NCBI GenBank assembly: GCA_030265395.1 | Contig: JARFYF010000112.1 | Coordinates: forward strand, 74,041,428 to 74,105,427 | DNA from: Rhina ancylostomus | Lineage: Eukaryota | DNA: 64,000 nt | Direction of reading: 5' to 3' | In this document: positions 54,290 through 64,000 of the stretch, piece after piece | How positions within the stretch are numbered: the first letter of the stretch is position 1 | How the letters are laid out: every line of letters begins with the position of its first letter | Notes under the pieces: model-generated | Databases searched by the model: none | What the model was told of the DNA's origin: nothing | The model's input: only the letters and a program-made list of their open reading frames with translations | Program-made: the position numbers and the translations under genes

Positions 54290-54580
54290 AAAAATAAAGG
54301 AAAACAGAAGGAGAGATAAAAAAAAGAGATGAATCAGAATAAATTGATGAAGGAAAGTAAAGAGTAAAGAATATTAATAGGAGGGGGAGTGAAAAAAAGA
54401 ATGAGAAAAAAGGGAAGGGAAGGAACAACGGAAGAGTGTAAATCTAGATAATATATGAAAGAAACTAAACACAGAAAAATTGGAAAAAGGACAAAAAAGG
54501 TGTCTAAAGGAAAAAAAGACAATATGAAAAAGGGACAGAAAGTAACCAGTCAATATAAATGGAAGGTGAAAGGCAGAAGA
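54290..54580 (+). repeat. Purine-rich (A/G) low-complexity tract
   Basis: Strong A/G strand bias. Confidence 0.7.
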
Positions 54581-56399
54581 TGGTTAGACAGATATCTATC
54601 AAGATATATAGAAACACAGTAGACTTGGTCACGTTATTCTTTCCCTCCTTGTGCCGAGGAGGTTCAAGGTTAATTTTGCTCCCGAATAAACTTTGTAGAT
54701 TAATCATGATCAATGTTCACAAAACATAAATGGTTTCAATATAATATTCAACTCACAAAGCAATTCTCACAAATACTAGTTTGTTCTGGAATAAAAGATT
54801 GAAGCAAGAAACCGCAAATTGCTGAAATTCCAGCTCCAAATCCTGAAAAGCTTTGGCCATCATATTTGATAATTTTTATAACTGGAGTCCATGACACCCA
54901 TTGATTTTATCAGCGGTCCCAATGTTTGACCTGGCTGAACAAATTAATTCACACATACACCAAGTAAACTGGAAGCATTGGAAGAGTACCAAATGAGCCA
55001 AGAAATCAAATAGACTGCAAAGCACTGTTCCAAAATCAATGCTGAGTGTACCAAAATAACAAAGATTAACTGCTCTTTCCAGTTTAATATGATTATTAGT
55101 TTATATTAACCATTCCGCTTCATTGAATAACTCTTACTTTTAGATGGAATAGCTTATTAATTACCAATGGAATGCAAAGGCCAGCAGAATAATCATCATG
55201 AACAAATAGAAAACATTGCAGTTTGAACAAGTTAATATGCAACAAACTCTGAAAGGATCTGAAATGGAAATATTCCCTTTCCCAGTACAGAAATCACATG
55301 AATTCTCTTCCTGTTCTATTTGCTACAAATGTGAACAGTCACAGTGATTAACCCACATGCTGATGAATACATATCAGATAGTCAGTACCCTGAGAAATAA
55401 ACTGGAAGTCCATATCAATACACAGTAACTAATCCTTATCATGTTGATTGAATGGCCACTCAGCATAATTGCAGACAAAGTAGATTTTATTATAGTGTAA
55501 TGCTGTGTACATTATAGTCAAATGTGGTGTAACCCTAAATGTACCATAGAGCAGCAATATTTACTTGCACAGAAAAGGCTATGAATGGAGGAAAGCTAAA
55601 TTACATTCACGATCATACAAATTGGTTGCTTAAAGGGAAGTTATCAATGAATCTGTTTTCAACAGTCTATTAACCAATGCATTCCAGATCACAATTAACT
55701 GATAAATTCTTATCTCTTCTTAAGAATCCTGCCAATCAAAGAAATAAACAGCTTTCTATGGATGCAATGAGATTTTTCGGTGTATAGCCTATCCAATTTC
55801 TCCAACTAATTTGGTTCCCTTCTCCAGGATACCACTGCACATTCGTTATTGAGGACATCCAATAATAGAAACATGAAATACGCATAACAATTCGAAGTGT
55901 CATTTTGAAGATCTTTGCCCAATCAAACAATGGACCAAAACAACGATTATGTACAAGTTCTTGAATAATGTGAAGAAAATGCATTGCCGTTAAACAGCAT
56001 CTGTATCAAGGAGTTTAAAGTATGATAGATGCTACAAATAAGCTCTGTTATTTTATTGCTTCTGAAATTTTACCATCACAAGGCTCTCAGAGAGCCTCAA
56101 AGCCACTGTGAACATTGGACAGGCAGGGCACATATCAATCAGTGTAGGAATCCAGTGTCATTGCACTATGATATGCTACTCCAACTATGCTAAAAACTAA
56201 TTGGGAATAAACACTAGCAAATATAGTTGACTTTTATGGTACATGGGCATTGCTGGCAAGGCCAATACTTCTTGCCCATTCCTTGAGAAAAAGGCATCGA
56301 GTCAGGTGAAAGTACTCCCACAATTGGTAGGTAATTTCAGGCTCAATGACCTTGAAAAAATTGCAATATTTTTGCAAGTCAGGATAGTGTGCAACTAGA

Positions 56400-56870
56400 A
56401 GGGGAAGGCGAATATGGGGGTGTTCCCAAACCTTAATAAGTACCGACCAGTGGCTCTGACATCCACCATCATGAAGTGCTTTGAGAGGCTGGTCATGACA
56501 CACATTAACTCCAGCCTCCTGGAAAACCCTGACGCACTACAATTCCCCACCGCTGAAAGGTCTACAGTGGACGCCATCTCCCTGGCGCTACACTCATCTC
56601 TGGAGCATCTGGACAGTAAAGACATCTATATTAGATTGGTAGTTTATTAACTACCACTCCACCTCCAATAGCATAATTCCAAGCAAACTCATCACCAAAC
56701 TCCCAGACCTGGGACTCAACACCTCCCCCTGTAACTTCCTGACCAACAGAATGCAATCAGTGAGGATGGACAGCAACACCTCCGCCACAAATAGTCTCAA
56801 TGCTGGTGCCCCACAAGGCTGCGTCCTCAGCCCCCTATGGTATATGTGACAATAATAAACCAATTTACCA
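56400..56870 (+). mobile_element. Rex1/Babar-like LINE RT fragment, internally deleted and joined to its 3' tail
   Basis: [50 protein letters not shown], then tgtgacaataataaaccaat tail. Confidence 0.85.
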
Positions 56871-57144
56871 AACTTGGTCTGTTTTCATTTGTTTTCTAGC
56901 AACTGCAGATTTTTTTTAAATTTTCAAATAGGGCTTGTGAATATGGTTTAAAACCAAAAACTGGTGGGGAGGGATCAGTTGAGGCAAAAATTAGGAGGTT
57001 AGAGAAAGGGGGAGTTGATCATGCAGTCTGCGATCAATGGGCAATGATGACCAATGTGTAACAAGAAGGGGCAATGTACTTGCAGAGGTAGGGGAAAAAT
57101 GGTAAATGAACAAAATGCAAGGTTTTATCTGAATACAGCAAATT

Positions 57145-57418
57145 GACTTATTATTGTCACATATACTGAAGTACAGTGGACAAACTTTGTTTTGTATGTC
57201 ATCCACACAGATCACTACATCACATCTGTGTATTGAGGTAGTACAAGGAAAAAGCAATAACAGAATGCAGAATAAAGTGTTATAGTTACAGAAAAAGTGC
57301 AGATAATAATGCGCAAGGCCATAATGAGGTAGATTGTGAGGTCAAGAGTGCCCCCTTATTATACTAGGGGACCATTTTATAATCTTATATCAGTGGGACA
57401 GAAGCTGTCCTTGAGCCT
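57145..57418 (-). mobile_element. Rex1-like LINE 3'UTR, 5'-truncated
   Basis: Reverse complement of the 61490-61735 tail. Confidence 0.75.
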
Positions 57419-57949
57419 CCTGGATGGATCTTCACTCTGCGCAGGATTCCACATGGACGGGCCCATCCTCAGCCTCGCTGGTCCGTTCCATGTGGATCCG
57501 GAGGTCGGGTTGGTAGTTCATGCGCTCCAGAAGGTTGGAAGATCGCCAGACCTGCAAGTAGATTTAAAAGAACATTATTAGTAATACTTAGAGTTATAGA
57601 ATTTAGATTTAAAAGAGTATAATGACTATAATAGAAATAATGAGAGGATCTACAGAGAGCAGCTTGCAACAAGTCACCATGCTCCAGAGCCATTTTGCTT
57701 GATAGAAGAATTGATGGCCTAAATTGAAGTAAATGGGTACAATCTGATTGACATGAGCAATATATGGTTGTGAGGCAACCAAGGCTGAAAATGCTTTGTG
57801 GTGCAACATGTCAGAAAGATAGACAAAAATGGATTTAGAGTAACTTTACTAATAGAGGATGAGATCAGCACCGTAGTGAGAATGCTTTCTATTCATTAAC
57901 TAATCCTCCATCCATCATAATGTAACCCTGACTGCATGAGATCTTATCT

Positions 57950-58930
57950 TGTTAGGGCACTACTGACCTGTTAGCTTAATGTCAGTAGCAGGGGAAAATG
58001 TTGGAATCTGTAATGAAGGATGAATAACAGAACACTTGGAAAAGAATAATGGGTTTGAGCAGATTCAGCATGGATTTGTGAATGGAAAATCATGTTTAAT
58101 CTACTGGAGTTCTTTGAGTATGTGAGTAGTAGAATAGATAAGGAGGAATCAATGGTAAATTGGTTTATTATTGTCAAATGTACCGAGATACAGTGGAAAA
58201 ACATTGTTGTGCATGCCATCCGTACAGATCATTTCATTACAACAGTATATTGAGGTTGTACAGGGGAAAACAATAACAGAATGCAGAATATAGTGTTATA
58301 GTCACAGAGAAAGTCCAGGCAGACAATAAGGTGCAAGACCATAACGAGGGAGATTGAGGTCAAGAGTCCATCTTATTGTACTAAGGAACCTGTAGCTGTG
58401 ACACTTTATTCTGTTATTGTTTGTACTACCTTAATGCACTGTGTTATGAATTGATCTATACGAATGGTATGCAAGACAAGTTTCAAGTGACAATAATAAC
58501 CCAATACCAAAACCGTTCAATGGTCTTATAACAGTGGGATAGAAGCTCTCCTTGAACCTGATGCTATGTGCTTTCAGGCTTTTGTGTCTTTTGCCTGATG
58601 GGAGGAGGAAAAGCGAGAATGTCTGGGGTAGGTGGGATCTTTGATTATGTTGGAAATATTTGGATTTTCAAGCATTTGATAAGTTCCTGTGGTCACAAAG
58701 TTGAAGTGGGGGGTAATATACTGAGATGGATTGAGAATTGGTTGTTGGGCAGAAGGCAGAATGGGCATATATGAATCTTTCTCAGGTTGGCGCCACAGGG
58801 ATCAGTGTTTGGATCACAGCTGTTCACTCTCTATAGCCTGAGGGAACCAAGTGTTATATTTCCAAGTTTGCTGATGATACAGAACGAGATGGAATTGTGA
58901 CTCTAGGGGAGCATGTAAAGAAAGTTCAAT
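57950..58930 (+). mobile_element. CR1 fragment containing nested Rex1-like insertions (58155-58652)
   Basis: QHGFVNGKSCL..LLEFFE and KFADDT motifs flank two Rex1-like tails in opposite orientations. Confidence 0.75.
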
Positions 58931-61079
58931 GGGNNNNNNNNNNNNNNNNNNNNNNNNNNNNNNNNNNNNNNNNNNNNNNNNNNNNNNNNNNNNNNNNNNN
59001 NNNNNNNNNNNNNNNNNNNNNNNNNNNNNNNNNCATGGAATCCATGTGCTGGACAACAAGGCATTAAAGGAGCCAAATTGAGGGCCAGAACCCAGAACCA
59101 TGACAGTTATAATGATGATGAAGAATCAGTGATATGTTTCAAAAGCTGGATGATGTGTGACTTGGAGGTGGTGGTGTTCTCAAATGACTCATTCCCTTGT
59201 TCTCCTAGGTAGTAGAAGTGATGGGTTTGCAAGGTAAACTTCCATTAAAGTTCATGCAAATTCACTAGATTATGCCCTAAGCTTAACTAGCTAACTCATG
59301 AGTAAACATGGCTTACACTTCTTGCTTTTAAGATGATCAGTAACCTATTGAAGAAATTTGAAACATTGAAGATTTTAGAATCATAGACACTGAGGAACTA
59401 TTTCTTCTGACTGGGAACCCAAAGTGACACCATCTTTAAGTTGAAGCTAAACCATTCAGGAGTACAGCGATGAAGCATAATTTCACAGATGGGAGAGTGA
59501 AAATCTCATCCTTGGACCCCCAAGTATCTGTGGGTATTGGATCAAATGAAATGTTCAAGACCAAAATAAATATAGTTTTGTTCGGCAAGTCTCTCATGTC
59601 AGGCAAATAGACCCACAAACTCTACCATCAGGAAGGACAAGGCAGCAGGAGCATGGAGACAGTATCAAATCTAGGTTCCTCTCCAAGTCATATACCACCC
59701 TGTCTTGGAAATAAATCACCAGTTCTGCACTATCATTGAAAATGAATTTTTTTTAAAAATACACATTTGCAACTATCCAATGAAATGGGGGATCAGACTT
59801 GAGAGGCTGAATTTTTCTGGAAGGAGACTGGAGGAAAAGCAACATGAATTGACGGGTAAATGGGGAAAAGAGTGTTCAGATTTAACAGGGGAGCAAGGGG
59901 AATGGAATGCACCTCTGTTTTCTTCTTATTGGCTGAACAATTATAAATGATTGAAAACATAAATGTGTATCCTGGTAGCAATTTCTCTGCAAAAAAATTA
60001 AGGAAAGCCCATATCCATTTTTAAGCATATATTTGTACATATTATGACATCTTAAATATTCTTGCAATGTGCAATATAACAAGCCTGTGCAGTACATCTC
60101 CAAGGTAGGTGTCGGACTGTTTTAGAGCTGTCGGCATTTTTGGAAGCCATTCTGTTGTTCTCCAGCCTGGCACATCAAGCTCTCTCCAAATCACACATAT
60201 GAAGAAGCAATGCTTTCAACGATGTTAAGTTCTTATCAAAGTGAATTTCCATTCCCGCAACTGCTGTCAGGATCACATTTAACTGTGACCACAGTGCTCA
60301 GAAAGAAATTGTTGTCACAATATTAACACCATGTGATGCGTTTCACAGCTCACTGGAAGGTGTTAATTTTCCTCCCAATAGGCATTGTCAGGCTGGCCAA
60401 GTATTCCTCAAGATCCAGCCATTAGGCTCTCCCCTCTGTCAGCTGTTGCATTTCTCTACACATTGGTATTATCACTCCTCGTTTCACCCAGCTCAGCTCT
60501 GATCGTCCATGTGTGTTCCTACCAATCAAATCATACTGGCCTGAGAGTTCAGGACACACACTAACCATTTTAAGCTGCCTCTGGTAAAATGTAGACCAGC
60601 AGGAGACTGCTGGAGATATCACTTTGCTTATTCTCCTGGGAAAAATATTAATTTTACATAAAGGTCCTTGATTAGAATTGCTGATATCGTTCACAAGGAA
60701 ATCAATTCTATATTTTAACCACTCCTTGAATAAAGAATTAAACTATTTTGTACTGGTGGTACAATATTTAATGCTTAAATGAGACATTGTATCCTTTAAA
60801 GTTTACATAGTTTTACATTTCTTTAAGGCATTTAAGTCTGAAGTGTGCTGATTTAGCATTTGAAACCAATCATTTCTTTTAGAGCAGATATTAAATATTT
60901 AAGTGTCATTACAAATTTCAGTTGACTCTTGATTTTTAGACAATCAAAAAGTAACATCCAAGCTCACTCAAACCAGACATTAAAAATCTAGTTGTATTTC
61001 ATCTTTGCTGATCTTCCAAGGTCAATTTAACATAAAGTGCATTTATGTTCACAGATGGATGCCAAGTTACATAATGAAA

Positions 61080-61735
61080 GTCCAAACATGTAGACACCAC
61101 AGCAAGAAAGCTCACCAGTGTCTCTATTTCCTCAGGAGGCTAAAGAAATTTAGCATGTCCCTGTCGACCCTCCCCAATCTTTATCGATGCATTATAGAAA
61201 GCATCCTGTCCGAATGCATCACAGCTTGGTATTGCAACTGCTCTGCCCATGACCACAAGAAACTGCTGAGAGCTGTGGACACAACTCAGCACATCACAGA
61301 AACCAGCCTTGCCTCCATGGACTCTGTCCATACTTCTAACTGCCTCAGTAAAGCAGCCAAGCACCCAGAAGAATCAAAGACCCCACCCACCCAGGACATT
61401 CTCTCTTCTCTCCCATCGGACAGAAAATACAAAAGCCTGAAAACACGTACCACCAAGCTCAAGGACAGCTTCTATCCCGCTGCTATAAACTACTGAATGG
61501 TTCCCTAGTATGATAAAATGGACTCTTGACCTCACAATCTACCTCATTATGACCTTGCACATTATTGTCTACCTGCACTGCACTTCCCCTGTAGCTTGTG
61601 ACACTTTACTCTGTATTCTGTTATTATTTTTTACCCTGTACTACCTCAATGCACTGTATAATGAATTGATCTGTACGAACTGTATACAAGATAAGCTTTT
61701 CACTGTACCTCAGCATGTGACAATAATAAACCAAA
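61080..61735 (+). mobile_element. Rex1/Babar-like LINE 3' end (ORF C-terminus + 3'UTR)
   Basis: KKAHQCLYFLRRLKKF..LYRCIIESILSECITAWYCNC..RTTKLKDSFYPAAI; tail tgtgacaataataaacc. Confidence 0.88.
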
Positions 61736-63363
61736 GCAAAAACCTCTGCAGCCCTTGTATTCTAGGTGGTAAAGTTTGTGGGTTGGGGGCTGATGTTGAA
61801 GAAACCTTGGTGAGTAACTGCTGTGCTTTTTCTAGATAGCATACACTGAACCACAATGCTCTGGCGGTGAAAATTTAACAGTCAACATACACCAGAAGCT
61901 TTTTACACTGGGAGACACAAATTAATCCATAAACATGGAGATACATGGGTGCAATACTGTAGTAACTAAAGGGCAGTGACATATTTGAAGACCACTTTCA
62001 ACAGTAGAGGAGACCCAATCCATTCTGGCAGATCAGAAACCAAATATTAGAATGGATAAAACAGTCCAGAGTATTTTAGAAATCAAAAGTCAAGTTTCAG
62101 TACATAGACTAAATAATGATTAATGCATGTAGAAAAATTATACAAAGGAAGCCTATAAAAATATCCAAAAAATTAAGATTTAAAATATAAGCAACCCACA
62201 AATCACAGCTTAATTACACCAGGTTTATTTTCTAATCTACAGAATAGTCTTAGAGTGCCATCAGATTGGATATGGGAAGGAGAGTTCAGAGAATGCATGC
62301 ACATAGAATCATGCTAGAACATAGAGAAAATAAAAAGGGTTGAAAACAAAGCAACTTCACTGCTGTTCATTCCAAATTTCAATTATAATTGGGCAATAAA
62401 ATGTACTTTTTACAAACAGTGGTCCTTTGACATATCTTGCATGTAGAGCAATGTTATATTCACACAATAACAATGATTCCATATCCACGTTCAACTTTGA
62501 TAAATACAGTCATTTGTTCTCATTTGCATTGCTGTTGTACCATAGGTTATAATGGGTCATTACTGCTCTATGTAGTAATGACGTCAATCTCTTATATGTG
62601 CATTAGAAACATATTGAGTAACATAATTAGTGGTAATTTCCAGATCTCCATAAAAAGAACACTGAGAGCACTCAATGGCAAGAACTTTAGAACCAGAGGG
62701 AAAACTGGCAAAAAAATATTGATTGGCAAAAAGGAGGAATGGGTTCATTTGTAACTTTTGGGTAAATCTTGTAACAATTTGTTTATAGGTTTCAGGATTA
62801 TAAATCATATAGTTATTACCAGATAAGGAGTGGGCTAAATCCTTTAACCCCAATCCCAAGTTGATTTGTTCCATTCAGGAGCTGCTCCCTGGAAATAGTT
62901 TTAAGGAACAAGTATAAACTTCATTGATTGCACGCTAGATATTATGAAAAGTTGAACACTGGTTAAAGAGACTTTTAAAAAATGTATTGCTGCCCCTCTT
63001 TCATGCAGGCACAAACAGCATTCTCCTCTGGCGACCTTTTGACTGCAAGGAAATTGGAATCAAAGAGCCCACTCACAGGCTGAACTTCTCACAGGAAATT
63101 GGAAAGAGACGCAGAGACGGCCCATGAATTACCTATTGACAGGATCCCAGAACAAGGGCTGCAGTGTGTGAAGCCAAGGATGACAGCGCCTGCTCATTCC
63201 TTCAGCATCTGAGAGCCTCATTGTCGGTACAGTGTTTGCAAGAAGTAAAGAACATGCCAATTTGATGCAGCAAGGAAGAGGCTGACTCAAAAACAAAATA
63301 CCAAATGCACTTTCCCCTCTCCTTCCTATTTCAGGTTGATTTACATCAGACCTGAATACTCAC

Positions 63364-63435
63364 CCAATGCCTCAGAGGCCACCCTGTTTGGTACTGACAT
63401 GATGAGACCAATTTTTGGAATAAACTGGATCCCAT
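63364..63435 (-). CDS. Candidate alternative upstream STARD8 exon (..MSVPNRVASEAL)
   Basis: gccacag acceptor, TTGG|gtgagt donor, 72 bp, phase 1 to 1 with no stop; ATG at 63398-63400. Confidence 0.35.
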
Positions 63436-63519
63436 CTGTGGCAGCAAGACAATTGCTTGTACGTATAACTTAGCCAAGTGTATTGCTCCTCATAACCATC
63501 CCTGTTGCAAGAAGTGCAT

Positions 63520-63720
63520 GCAGACTTTGAAATAAAAACAGAAAATGCTGGAAAAGGTCAGCAGGACCTGTCTCTCCAGTCCTGACACAGAGTCATAGAC
63601 CTAAAACATTGACTGTTTCTCTTTCCACAGATTCTTCCTCACCTGCAGAGACATTTTCCAGCATTTCCTATTTTTATTTCAGATTCCCAGCACCTGCAGT
63701 TTTTTTTTGATTTCCAATTT
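63520..63720 (+). repeat. Fold-back Penelope-associated short repeat with decayed hammerhead motif
   Basis: aaataaaaacagaaaatgctggaaa ... ttttccagcatttcctatttttattt inverted arms; cagtc-ctgacac-agagtcatagacct-aaaacatt-gactg. Confidence 0.65.
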
Positions 63721-64000
63721 TCGTGGAGGGTTTGGTTGTGGATAGAAATGGACTCAGCTGCATAGCTACCTAAATTTGGACCGCTCATGCACAAATGCAT
63801 GTAAAAAAAAACGTGCCCACGTGGGTAAGGCCTGTTCCCTTTTAAGGAGCAGAAAATGAAAACCATAACCTTCAATTCAAGTGAAATGCGATTATGATTG
63901 AGAATAAATTTCAGTAGTTTGATGTGCTAAACTATATGAATGTAGGCAGCTGTTGGCCTCACAAGGTATAAGACTCCCCCTGTTCTCAAATAGGAAAGGT

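Noticed and set aside
1-64000. CRISPR arrays, rRNA, tRNA genes or prokaryotic operons
   Set aside because: None seen; the only tRNA-like boxes belong to a SINE head

Overview
Eukaryotic, repeat-rich vertebrate DNA, most likely a cartilaginous fish (shark/ray), judging from HE1-type V-SINE, CR1, Rex1/Babar-like and Penelope repeats. The window is dominated by a minus-strand DLC-family RhoGAP gene (SAM-RhoGAP-START) that best matches STARD8/DLC3. Thirteen coding exons from 38267 down to 7037 have GT-AG boundaries and consistent phases (3113 nt, about 1037 aa plus a first exon). A probable 3.8 kb 3'UTR runs to an AATAAA at 3250-3255, and two candidate first exons lie at about 45.7 kb and 63.4 kb. 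The most unusual element is a degraded endogenous retrovirus at about 49.06-50.57 kb, co-oriented with the gene. Its integrase C-terminus resembles class III (ERV-L/ERV-S-like) elements and overlaps, via TAATG, a gamma-type env (CWIC motif, RDKR furin site, fusion peptide). Many short Penelope-associated repeats carry decayed minimal hammerhead-ribozyme motifs. All family assignments come from motif recall, not database searches.
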